From Sedimentisphaerales bacterium (GTDB lineage Bacteria; Planctomycetota; Phycisphaerae; Sedimentisphaerales; Anaerobacaceae), in the NCBI GenBank assembly GCA_040772485.1, contig JAXGYC010000008.1, positions 320,001-384,000 of the forward strand: DNA of 64,000 nucleotides, given 5' to 3'. Each line of letters begins with the position of its first letter. Position 1 is the stretch's first letter. The notes below the pieces were generated by a model. That model ran no database searches. It was not told the DNA's origin and worked only from the letters and a program-made list of their open reading frames with translations. Shown here one piece after another: positions 29,384 to 38,212 of this stretch. A program made the translations under genes and the position numbers.

Positions 29384-31180
29384 TCAATTGCACGCGCTCA
29401 TGCCATACCAGTCCCAGATGCCGGTCACCTGACAACTGCCGCGAATATCCCAGATACAATCGCTGCCGGCCATCTGAGCCAGAATGTCAGTCTTACAACT
29501 TCCGCTCGGAGCTTCCTCGCAGCCCCATCGCTCGAAGTACCACTGGAAGTAGCCATAGCAGCCCCATCCGTTCGCGGCGGACTCGCACATAATGACGTAC
29601 TCGTCCTGAATCTTCATCGTGCAGCTCCAGCCGGCCCCGCCGCTGATGCCGCGCAGCGCATCGTCTGCGATGTCCGCGAACTGCCCTGTCACAGGCTGAT
29701 TCGACACCAGCAAGGCAACCCCGGACCACTCGCTTGCCAGGAAGCGCTTGTCCGTTCGGGAGTAGAACCTGTCGCCGGCCAGATCGACAATCCAGGCGTA
29801 CCGATCGTCGACGTGGTCCAGGACCACGAAATGGTCCTGTCCAGGGATGTGGAGAATCGCCCGGCACCCGTTCAGACCCTCTTCGAAGGCGGCGACGTCT
29901 GCCTGCACGGCACGACAATGCAGACCCAGATCCTGGGCGCACTGCCGGATGTCGTACAGTGTCGTGCGCCCGTCCGAATCGACCAGTTGGCCCAGTTGAC
30001 TGTCTGCCGGGACCTTGCCCAACTGCGCTGTCGCGTACCGGAGCGAGGCGGTGGCGCAATTCTGAGGCTGCCTGTCCTGGCAGGCAGCGTAGGTCAGTCT
30101 GTCGGCCAGCAGGAGACCCGTGTCGACCGCGTTGGAGTAGTTGTACACCAATGCCTTGGCGCTCATCGGCGAGTAATACTCGACGGCGGTGCCGGCGCCG
30201 AACGCCACTTTGAACGCCTCGACCCCCGGAGAACCGACGTCGACGGAGGTGAAATCCCACTCGTCGGATCGGAGCAACCGGTTGGTGAAGGCGTCTCGCT
30301 GTTCGATCGCGACGGACTTGGGAACCCAGTACCCGCCGACATCCCGGTAGCCGGAGCAGCCGATGGACGTCACGATGTCACCGCTCGGCATGACGGCGGA
30401 CGTCACGGCATAGTCCTTCGACGGATCCAGCGTGAAGGTCCATTGCGAACCGCCCGACGGTGTGATGGCCAGTTCTATCTGCCTGCTGCCATCACGAGCG
30501 ACCTCGCTGGCCGCGATCTCTGCGGCCGCCAGATCCTCGGAGGACAGCGGGCCGGAACCCCACGGGATGACGCCTGCGGTCAACGGACCGGCGACGACGC
30601 GAGGCAGCCGGTTGCTCGCATCAACGATGGCCTCACCGGCCGAGACGGCATGAATCGTATATTCCTGCCCGTCCCAGGCGAAGACCCGCCGGCTGTTCCA
30701 ATCCTGGTTGAAGTACCTGGCCATGTAATTGCCGGCCAGGTCGGCCGACGGGGCAACCGAATCGCTGCGCGACAAGATCACCACCTCCCAATAAAACCGG
30801 TCCCCATCGTACTTGAGCACAACTGATGAGGTCATGCTGGACTCGTTGGACAGCTCGTATCGAACGTTGAACGGGATGGCCTCCAGGTACATTTTCTGGA
30901 GTTCCTCGCTGCGCTGGGCCTTGTCGGCCGTCGTCTCGTATTCACTCGTCTTCTCTTCGATTGTTCGAGCGATAAACGCCTCGTCCATCGTCCTGGGGGC
31001 CTTGTACTCCCGATGCGTTGCCTTGATGGTTCCGGCCGGAATCCAGGCATCCCGGCCCGCACTGGCAAGCTTCTCGATAATCTCCAGCGTTTCGCTCTTT
31101 TCCAGCGTACTCTGGGCATGTACCGGGGCCGCCGTACACAACGCCAGAAACAGAATCAATGCCGATCTTGCAAATCTCAT
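29384..31180 (-). CDS. Secreted multidomain protein: signal peptide + LolA-like domain + C39 cysteine peptidase + double-glycine leader + Cys-rich C-terminal peptide
   Basis: AAGGAGG RBS; signal ...PVHA|QS; C375 (QNCATASL), H450 (DHFVVLD), D466 (WIVDLA); FADIADDALRGISGG then 83 aa with 8 Cys. Confidence 0.8.
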   Translation of the reverse strand: MRFARSALILFLALCTAAPVHAQSTLEKSETLEIIEKLASAGRDAWIPAGTIKATHREYKAPRTMDEAFIARTIEEKTSEYETTADKAQRSEELQKMYLEAIPFNVRYELSNESSMTSSVVLKYDGDRFYWEVVILSRSDSVAPSADLAGNYMARYFNQDWNSRRVFAWDGQEYTIHAVSAGEAIVDASNRLPRVVAGPLTAGVIPWGSGPLSSEDLAAAEIAASEVARDGSRQIELAITPSGGSQWTFTLDPSKDYAVTSAVMPSGDIVTSIGCSGYRDVGGYWVPKSVAIEQRDAFTNRLLRSDEWDFTSVDVGSPGVEAFKVAFGAGTAVEYYSPMSAKALVYNYSNAVDTGLLLADRLTYAACQDRQPQNCATASLRYATAQLGKVPADSQLGQLVDSDGRTTLYDIRQCAQDLGLHCRAVQADVAAFEEGLNGCRAILHIPGQDHFVVLDHVDDRYAWIVDLAGDRFYSRTDKRFLASEWSGVALLVSNQPVTGQFADIADDALRGISGGAGWSCTMKIQDEYVIMCESAANGWGCYGYFQWYFERWGCEEAPSGSCKTDILAQMAGSDCIWDIRGSCQVTGIWDWYGMSACN

Positions 31181-31391
31181 GGCCTACCTCCTTATCACAA
31201 AGTATTGTCGCAACAATACATACGCCGCATAAGCCAGCACCGGCCATTTGTCAGAACGCCAAGGCACGGCGAGGGGCACCCATTTGGAGGCGAAGTTCGC
31301 CGGGTAGATGTGGATACCCATCTGGAAAAATGAAGAAAATAAACCGCTCCGCTGTATCTCTGCGATTCTGTCCTGCTTGTGAGAAGGTTAC

Positions 31392-32198
31392 TCACGGCAC
31401 AGAATCTATCTCGTTGGGCTCGGGCGCAGATGGCACCGTATCCGTCCGCTCGAGCCAATACTCGCTGAACAGCGCCAAGTCGCGAACGTCGACCCGCTCA
31501 TCCGCATTCAGATCCGCCGCGACCGCCGCGTTCGGGTCCGAGACGACGCTCTGGCCCCAGAGACCCGCCAACGAGGCGTAATCAACGAAGTCGACAAGGG
31601 TATCCCCATCGAAATCACGCGACGGAACATGGTGAAAAGACAAGACCTGGATCAGAGTTGCTTCAAAAGGCGGTGGATCGGGCGGTTCCTGGCTGACTAC
31701 AACCGGGATGGGAAGTGCAGAGAGAGCATACAACCCGATGGCACAGACCCCGGTGTTCAATGCGTCATAGTCGAGAATGAATAGATCGCCCGCCGTCGCG
31801 TTCCAGGCGGGGAGTAGATCCACGCCGACACCAAGATCGTCTCGATACATGGTCACGAGAGCCCGTTCACCGGCAGCAGGAAGGCACGAGCCCACGTAGT
31901 TTCCTGTGTTCTCGTCATAGCCCCTCGGACAGAGAACGCCCTGTCTCTCGTTCTCCCAGGAAAGCCAGGACTTCACGCGCCAAGGTTTGGCGGTGTCGGA
32001 AGTTATGAAAATCGTGAGCCTGGTTCCGACCATGATGTCGCGATAGACTTCCGGCACGTTGGGATCGGCCGGGGCCAGAGGGGTAACCTCGTCCGCCAGG
32101 CAGACACGAGCGGTGACCATCGCCGATGCGGCGGATGCCTGGAGGCCGGCCACAACCAGTGAAAGGACGCAAACAGCGCTGAAGCACGTCTGGCTCAT
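31392..32198 (-). CDS. Secreted protein with C-terminal type I dockerin-like duplicated EF-hand
   Basis: Signal peptide; DFDGDTLVDFVDY...W and DLNADERVDVRDL...FSEYWL. Confidence 0.8.
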   Translation of the reverse strand: MSQTCFSAVCVLSLVVAGLQASAASAMVTARVCLADEVTPLAPADPNVPEVYRDIMVGTRLTIFITSDTAKPWRVKSWLSWENERQGVLCPRGYDENTGNYVGSCLPAAGERALVTMYRDDLGVGVDLLPAWNATAGDLFILDYDALNTGVCAIGLYALSALPIPVVVSQEPPDPPPFEATLIQVLSFHHVPSRDFDGDTLVDFVDYASLAGLWGQSVVSDPNAAVAADLNADERVDVRDLALFSEYWLERTDTVPSAPEPNEIDSVP

Positions 32199-32417
32199 GC
32201 AGGTCCGGACCCCCAAAGGCGGTCGAGATCGGATTCCAGCCGCCCGACACGGGACCATCGCTGCTCGCGCGTATTCGATCTCAAACTCCGCATGCTGACA
32301 TTATAGGGTCATTCCTGTTCCAGAGCAAGTCATTTGCGCCGGGTCAGGCCTACCAAAGGAGGATGGCTGCGACCTCTCCTCGCAAGACAGGATACGCAGG
32401 CGAGAGGCACCGCACGG

Positions 32418-32612
32418 CTACCGATGCAGGGCAGACTCCCGGCGCATCACGAAGTGCTGGCACGTGTCGTCGGCCCAGGTAAACAGGCCCGCCATCCCAT
32501 CCGAATCAGCGTCCGTCGGGATCGCCCAAGTGCAGTGGCCCCAGGTGGGCTTCTCGATACACGTCCGCGCTGGGGAGAAGTACCGGCACAATTCACATCG
32601 TTGCTCAATCAT
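32418..32612 (-). CDS. Small Cys-rich putative metal-binding protein
   Basis: CxxCxYF...C...GHC...TWADDTCQHF pattern. Confidence 0.5.
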   Translation of the reverse strand: MIEQRCELCRYFSPARTCIEKPTWGHCTWAIPTDADSDGMAGLFTWADDTCQHFVMRRESALHR

Positions 32613-32870
32613 CGCTGGTCTTTCGTTGTCTGAAGCAAGCGTTGGCCCATCGCAAGGGGCCGCCTCCAAATCAGCCGGAGGACGAACATGCCGCCTCACA
32701 TGTCGCCCTTCAGGACCAGGAGCGTTCCAGAGACAGCAGATGTGGATGCGAAAATCCGACGATTATAACTTTTTCTTTATCAACCTGGCGCTTGGCCCTG
32801 TCCCGTCGACCGAATGCGGCCGGACCGGTTGGGCGTCCTGGTAGTGATTGATGATTTTGCGAAATCCGCC

Positions 32871-32899
32871 TTGACAGCACCCCGGAGGGGCTTTATACT
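32871..32899 (+). promoter_or_regulatory. Sigma70 promoter for the tRNA pair
   Basis: TTGACA-17 bp-TATACT, 20 nt upstream of tRNA-Met. Confidence 0.8.
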
Positions 32900-32918
32900 G
32901 ACCCGACTTGGCAGAATC

Positions 32919-32992
32919 GGCGGCGTAGCTCAGTTGGTTAGAGCGTGGGATTCATAAGCCTAAGGTCGGTGGTTCGAGTCCACCCGCCGCTA
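32919..32992 (+). tRNA. tRNA-Met(CAT), elongator type
   Basis: GGCGGCG/CGCCGCT acceptor, TAGCTCAGTTGGTTAGAGC D-arm, TTCATAA loop, GGTTCGAGTCC. Confidence 0.92.
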
Positions 32993-33053
32993 TTGCCGTC
33001 GGCATGGCCTCAGAGGCGTGTCGACGGGTATCGCACGATTGGGTTTCCTTCGT

Positions 33054-33126
33054 GCCCCCTTCGTCTAGTGGCCTAGGATATCAGGTTCTCATCCTGGAGA
33101 CAGGGGTTCGACTCCCCTAGGGGGTA
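33054..33126 (+). tRNA. tRNA-Glu(CTC)
   Basis: GCCCCCT/AGGGGGT acceptor, TCAGG-TTCTCAT-CCTGG, AGGGGTTCGACTCCCCT. Confidence 0.95.
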
Positions 33127-33178
33127 CTTTGTCATTTTCGATTGATGGTTGACGATTGATTATTGACCTTCCCCGCTC

Positions 33179-33682
33179 ATGATTGGCCCCAATGGCGAAC
33201 CCGCTGCAAGTCCTTCCGATGAGCAGTTCATGCGGAGGGCGATTGACGCCGCGATGATCGCCGAGGAGAACGGCGACGTGCCCATCGGGGCGGTCATCGT
33301 CTATCAGAACCAGGTAATCGGGCGGGCCTGGAACCAACGCGAGCAGCTCAACGACCCGACCGCGCACGCGGAGATCATCGCCCTGACCCAGGCGGCCAGC
33401 TACATCGGAAGCTGGCGGTTGCATGGCTGCACCATCTACGTCACGCTGGAGCCGTGCCCGATGTGCGCCGGCGCCCTGGTGCTCGGCCGGCTCGACCGCC
33501 TCGTCTACGGCTGCCCCGACCCCAAGACCGGCGCCTGCGGCAGCCTCTACGACATCGTCCGCGACGAGCGGCTGAACCACCGCCTCGAAGTCACCTCCGG
33601 CGTCCTCGCCGATGACTGCACCGCCCTGCTCCAGGCCTTCTTCCGCGCCCGCCGGGGCAGCGACGGCACTCCGAAGACATAA
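33179..33682 (+). CDS. tadA: tRNA adenosine(34) deaminase
   Basis: VPIGA, DPTAHAE, TLEPCPMCAGA, DPKTGA, LNH. Confidence 0.95.
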   Translation: MIGPNGEPAASPSDEQFMRRAIDAAMIAEENGDVPIGAVIVYQNQVIGRAWNQREQLNDPTAHAEIIALTQAASYIGSWRLHGCTIYVTLEPCPMCAGALVLGRLDRLVYGCPDPKTGACGSLYDIVRDERLNHRLEVTSGVLADDCTALLQAFFRARRGSDGTPKT

Positions 33683-33753
33683 TCGCCGGCCCACGCGCCA
33701 AGCACAAAGCCACTCCGTCTGCGTATCAACAGAACAAGGAAAGGGCGGACCCT

Positions 33754-34701
33754 ATGACAAGAGCGCATCGCAAGGTCGTGGTCGTGGGCGCCGGTTCGGT
33801 GGGAACGACGTACATCTACGCGCTGCTGCAAACCGGCCTGGCCAGCGAGATCGCGTTGATCGATCTGGACGCCAAGCGCGTCGAAGGCGAGATCATGGAC
33901 CTCTCGCACGGCCTGCCGTTCATTCCGCCGGTCTCCGTCAAGGCGGGGACGTACGCCGACTGCGCCGACGCCCATCTGACGGTGATTACGGCGGGCGCCA
34001 AGCAGACGCCGGGACAGTCGCGCATCGAGCTGATCCAGAAGAACGCCGACATCATCCGATCGATCTGCGAGCAGATCCGCCGGTCCGGCCCAACGGGCGT
34101 GATCCTCATGGTCACCAACCCGGTCGACACGCTCACCCAGATCGCGCTGGGCCACCTGGGCCTGCCGCGAGGCAAGGTCATCGGCTCGGGAACCGTGCTG
34201 GACAGCGCCCGATTCAAGTACCTGCTCAGCCAGCATTGCGGGATCGACGCGAGGAACGTCCATGCGTACATCCTGGGCGAGCACGGTGACAGCGAGGTGC
34301 CCGCGTGGAGCATGACCCACATCGCAGGCATCCCCATCCGCGAGTACTGCGAGATCTGCAAGGTCTGTGACTACCCCAGGCACCACGAGGAGATCGCTCG
34401 AGAGGTCCGCGATTCGGCCTATCACATCATCGATTACAAGGGCTCGACCTTCTATGGGATCGGGCTGTCACTGCTGCGAATCTCCGGCGCGATCCTGCGG
34501 AACGAGCACAGCGTGCTGACTGTATCGACGCTGCTTCAGGGCGAGTACGGCCTGCAAGACATCTGCCTGAGTGTCCCCTGCATCGTGGGCGAGGACGGCG
34601 TGGAACGCATCGTCGCCGCCCGTCTGGAGCCGGAGGAACAGAAAGGCCTGGAACAGTCCGCCCAAGTTCTGCGGAGCGTTCTTGGGAAGGTTTCGGTGTA
34701 G
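33754..34701 (+). CDS. ldh: L-lactate dehydrogenase
   Basis: GAGSVG, TAGAKQ.PGQSR, TNPVD, GTVLDSAR, LGEHGDS. Confidence 0.95.
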   Translation: MTRAHRKVVVVGAGSVGTTYIYALLQTGLASEIALIDLDAKRVEGEIMDLSHGLPFIPPVSVKAGTYADCADAHLTVITAGAKQTPGQSRIELIQKNADIIRSICEQIRRSGPTGVILMVTNPVDTLTQIALGHLGLPRGKVIGSGTVLDSARFKYLLSQHCGIDARNVHAYILGEHGDSEVPAWSMTHIAGIPIREYCEICKVCDYPRHHEEIAREVRDSAYHIIDYKGSTFYGIGLSLLRISGAILRNEHSVLTVSTLLQGEYGLQDICLSVPCIVGEDGVERIVAARLEPEEQKGLEQSAQVLRSVLGKVSV

Positions 34702-34843
34702 CCAACCAACCCCCGCGGTCCGCCGCGGTTTTCGATAGCGCCCCCGCTTTCGGGACCCGGGGCTTTCGTCTATCCACAGGCGCCCGTATAATGACTGCCC
34801 ATCATCGACTCAATTGCGGCACGTTCTACATGGAGAACGAGAC

Positions 34844-35452
34844 ATGAAACGGATCGGCAAGCTGTTCGTCCAGGGGCTGATGGCGATTCTGCCCATCGTG
34901 GTGACGCTGTATCTGGTCTACTGGCTGGCCACGACGGCGGAATCCGTCCTCGGCCGGATCATCCGATACGTCATCGGGGATGCCTATGTCCCCGGCCTCG
35001 GCGTGCTGTTCGGGCTTCTCATCACGCTGGGTGTCGGCCTGCTTCTTCAGTTGTGGCTGTTTCGCAAGGTCTTCTCGCTGGGCGAGGCGCTGCTGCAGAG
35101 AATCCCAGGGATCAAGTCCCTGTACGGCTCCGTACGCGACCTGGTCGGCTTCTTCGATTCGTCGAAGCAGAAAGACTTCGACAAGACCGTCATGGTCGCC
35201 ATTGGCGACGACAAGACCCGGCTGATGGGCCTGGTGACGCGGGAGAGTTTCGACGATCTGCCCGAGGGCATCGGGGATGACCAGACGGTGGCGGTCTACC
35301 TGCCGATGAGCTATCAGTTGGGCGGATTCACGGTCATGGTTCCGAAAGACAAGATTCATCCGGTCGATCTGAAGGTGGATCAGGCCATGCAATTCGTGCT
35401 GACGGCGGGCGTCTCGGCCGAGGACAAGGGCAAGAAGAGGCCGACTCCATGA
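34844..35452 (+). CDS. DUF502 family membrane protein
   Basis: GLMAILPIVVT, RIPGIKSLY, VYLPMSY..GGF. Confidence 0.88.
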   Translation: MKRIGKLFVQGLMAILPIVVTLYLVYWLATTAESVLGRIIRYVIGDAYVPGLGVLFGLLITLGVGLLLQLWLFRKVFSLGEALLQRIPGIKSLYGSVRDLVGFFDSSKQKDFDKTVMVAIGDDKTRLMGLVTRESFDDLPEGIGDDQTVAVYLPMSYQLGGFTVMVPKDKIHPVDLKVDQAMQFVLTAGVSAEDKGKKRPTP

Positions 35453-35479
35453 CGCCTCGCCTCCGTCTCGGGGCAACTC

Positions 35480-36262
35480 TCACTTGTGTTGACATTGCGG
35501 ACACCAGTACGCGGTTCGTCCCGCCACGGTCCGCCGCATCAGGGCGGCCCGGCACCTCGGACAGCGTCCCTCCCGCTCGCGGTGCGGCAGGAGACAGGAT
35601 TGCGGCATTGCCCACGGGTCGGCTTCTCGCTCGATCGCCATCCGCAGGACCTTCCGGGTGTTGCGGTACAAGCACGCTGCCTGCCCCGTCGTAAGCCGGT
35701 GGCCGGGAAAGGTCGGATGAATGCGGCTGCGAAACAGGATCTCGTCGGAGTAGAGGTTCCCGATGCCTGCGACCTGCGACTGATCCATGAGGATCGACTT
35801 GATTGTGGCCCTCGACCGGCGCACGCGTGAGGCAAACTCCTCTCCAGAGACGGCCATCGCATCGGGCCCGAGCCTCTTGTCGGCAACGAATCCCTCCACG
35901 GATTTCGCCAGTGTGATTCGCCCGAACAGTCTCGCGCAGACAAAGGCCAGGCTGTACTCGTCGGCAAAGACGAACACCACCCGGTCGTGTGGTCCCGTCC
36001 GGCGCTGCCTGCCAAAGTCCAGATAGCCCGTCATGCCGAAGTGCAGGACCAGCCACGGGGAGCCATCTACCTCGACGAACAGGTGCTTGCCGTGCCGCGC
36101 CGTGGAATGGAACGACCGGCCCTGGAGGGCTCGTTTGAGTCTCTGCGGGGAGAGGTCGTTGAGGACACGCCGGTTGAACACCCTGACGTCAACCAACCTC
36201 CGCTGCAGTGACGTCTCGTCCACAAACCTGCGAAATATCTCCACATCGGGCAGTTCCGGCAT
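35480..36262 (-). CDS. Fpg/Nei family DNA glycosylase
   Basis: PELPDVE, RHGK, HFGMTG, AGIGNLYSDE, C-terminal CxxC...CPQCQ zinc finger. Confidence 0.93.
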   Translation of the reverse strand: MPELPDVEIFRRFVDETSLQRRLVDVRVFNRRVLNDLSPQRLKRALQGRSFHSTARHGKHLFVEVDGSPWLVLHFGMTGYLDFGRQRRTGPHDRVVFVFADEYSLAFVCARLFGRITLAKSVEGFVADKRLGPDAMAVSGEEFASRVRRSRATIKSILMDQSQVAGIGNLYSDEILFRSRIHPTFPGHRLTTGQAACLYRNTRKVLRMAIEREADPWAMPQSCLLPHREREGRCPRCRAALMRRTVAGRTAYWCPQCQHK

Positions 36263-36316
36263 GTTGTCTCCCCTTGCCGATTCGAGGTCGCGCCCATCCG
36301 TCAATGCGTGAGCCCG

Positions 36317-37063
36317 TCACATCCAAGGTGTGAGCAGACCGCCGGAGTCCAACAGCTCAACTTCGTACTCGCGACCGGCCGGCTCTCGTTCCGCATCGAG
36401 ATCGGGACAGGCAGGACAGCGGCAGACCTTCTGCCTGGAGACCTCGATCCACACCTCGCGCTGCTCCCAGCTCATCTGGCGCACCCATTGGGGCGACAGC
36501 AGAACCTGTCGTCCGGGCAGCCAGTTTCGCGTGTCCGCGACCAGGTACCGAATCACCCAGTCGCTGTCGGTGATGACAAAGTCCTCCAGATGGCCGATCG
36601 GGCCATCCAGGGCGTGGATGTGATACCCGATCACCTCGCGGGCGCTGTGCAGGTTCGGGTCGCTCCCGGCCGCCTTCTCGACCGCCTCGGGCGCGGCAGG
36701 AATGGGAACCGGCACGGCGCCGACCCAATCGCCGCCCATGCCCCAGTATGGAATCCAGTCATAATATGTGTGCAGTTCGATCTCCCGCTGCCGGGACACG
36801 GGCCTGTCCGCATCGATATCCGGGGCGCTGCGGATCTGCTCTTTGGTCAACGCCACCGAGAAAGCCCGCTCCTGCCGGCGGGGCCGGCCCAGCGACGTCG
36901 CCGCAATCAGTACCTTGCGTCCGGGCAGCCACGAGCCCGTATCGACGACCAGATATCGAATGGCCCACGTATGGCCGTCAAATAGAAGGGTATGGACTCT
37001 TCCGATGTGCCCGTCGTTGGCCCGGATCGTGAAACCCCGCAAACTCCTGACGCTGCGTAACAT
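36317..37063 (-). CDS. Tandem PRC-barrel domain protein
   Basis: Two repeats of 'G(F/Y).I.A.DG.IG....W.IRYLV.DT..WLPGR.VL'. Confidence 0.88.
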   Translation of the reverse strand: MLRSVRSLRGFTIRANDGHIGRVHTLLFDGHTWAIRYLVVDTGSWLPGRKVLIAATSLGRPRRQERAFSVALTKEQIRSAPDIDADRPVSRQREIELHTYYDWIPYWGMGGDWVGAVPVPIPAAPEAVEKAAGSDPNLHSAREVIGYHIHALDGPIGHLEDFVITDSDWVIRYLVADTRNWLPGRQVLLSPQWVRQMSWEQREVWIEVSRQKVCRCPACPDLDAEREPAGREYEVELLDSGGLLTPWM

Positions 37064-37353
37064 GGTTTCGTCTCCTTCGACAGGTCTTTTCGCCACGATG
37101 GTACTTCCCTTGTGTATGATGCGCATCCCTCGCGGATGAACCAATGAGGTTTTTGCTCGATCCGGACCTCGAATCCCGATCCAGCGCAACTGCGGTCTTG
37201 CCTGATTCAAATCGAGGAAATCCCTCTCTTCCACATCCGTTGCGGCTGGCCTATGGTGAAAGAGAGTGATTTGCGACCGTCCAGTCCTCCTGGAACGGAC
37301 GGCGCAGAGGCCTCTTGTCACATATCGAGCGGCAAGATGGGAGGAGTGCAACG

Positions 37354-37671
37354 ATGGGTGCACACAAGACGACACCGTGGTTTGTGCTGAACGCACCGGA
37401 ACTCGGACAAGCCTTCGTCGACTTCCGCCGGGTGTGCGAAAAAGGCGGGGTCCTCGACAGAAAGACCAAGGAACTGCTGATGCTCGTGATGGCGTGCGCG
37501 TCACGCTCGGCGTACAATGCCGAGGAGCACCTTCGCGGCGCGTTCGAGGCCGGCGCGACGAAAGAGGAGATTACCGAGGCGCTGATGATCGCCGCCGCAG
37601 AGGACGCCGGCGCACAACTGACGTGGAATCGCCAGATCGTGGCCAAGTATTTCGGAAACGGCAAACCCTGA
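37354..37671 (+). CDS. Carboxymuconolactone decarboxylase/AhpD-like protein (no CxxC)
   Basis: LDRKTKEL, H...A..AGATKEEI.EAL. Confidence 0.85.
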   Translation: MGAHKTTPWFVLNAPELGQAFVDFRRVCEKGGVLDRKTKELLMLVMACASRSAYNAEEHLRGAFEAGATKEEITEALMIAAAEDAGAQLTWNRQIVAKYFGNGKP

Positions 37672-37775
37672 GCGGGTCGAACGCGTACGGACCGTGAAAC
37701 CAGCCGGAAGGTGGGACGTACCGCAGCAGGAACCAGGAACGTCAGAACGGAGATGACAGCAAAGGAGTAGAAACG

Positions 37776-38171
37776 ATGGGTAATCTCAGCGAACACATCC
37801 AGAAGGCGGACTGGAAAAAGGAAAAACACGTACCTGTGATCGAGTGCCCGGACTCCGTCAAGGCCAACGAGGTCTTCGAGGCAAAGGTCACGCTGGGCAA
37901 GGAAGTGGCCCACCCCAACACGACAGAGCATCACATTCGCTGGATCACCCTGTACTACCACGACGAAGGCGGCAAGTTCCCCCACGAAGTCGCCCACATC
38001 GAGTTCAACGCCCACGGCGAATCGGTGGAAGGCCCGAATCAGGGCCCGGTGTACGCCCATCACGAGGCCATAGCCACCCTGCGTATCGCCAAGTCGGGCG
38101 TCCTGCACGCCATCGCCTACTGCAATATCCACGGTCTGTGGGAGTCGAGCAAGCCCATCAAGGTGAGCTGA
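37776..38171 (+). CDS. Superoxide reductase (neelaredoxin/class II SORL)
   Basis: EKHVP, HPNTTEHHI, YCNIHGLWE. Confidence 0.93.
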   Translation: MGNLSEHIQKADWKKEKHVPVIECPDSVKANEVFEAKVTLGKEVAHPNTTEHHIRWITLYYHDEGGKFPHEVAHIEFNAHGESVEGPNQGPVYAHHEAIATLRIAKSGVLHAIAYCNIHGLWESSKPIKVS

Positions 38172-38186
38172 CCGCATCGGTCGGCC

Positions 38187-38212
38187 GGGCAGCCACAGGG
38201 GCCTGCCCCTAC
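38187..38212 (-). repeat. GTAG REP (GTAGGGGCAGGCCCCTGTGGCTGCCC) overlapping a stop codon
   Basis: Palindromic; TAG of GTAG = stop of 38209-40563. Confidence 0.7.

Noticed and set aside
32919..32992. CAT tRNA as initiator or Ile2; A-G mismatch in the anticodon stem
   Set aside because: It has no C1-A72 mismatch or three consecutive G-C anticodon pairs and no C4/C5 TilS determinants, so elongator Met fits best. A single mismatch is not enough to call a pseudo-tRNA.
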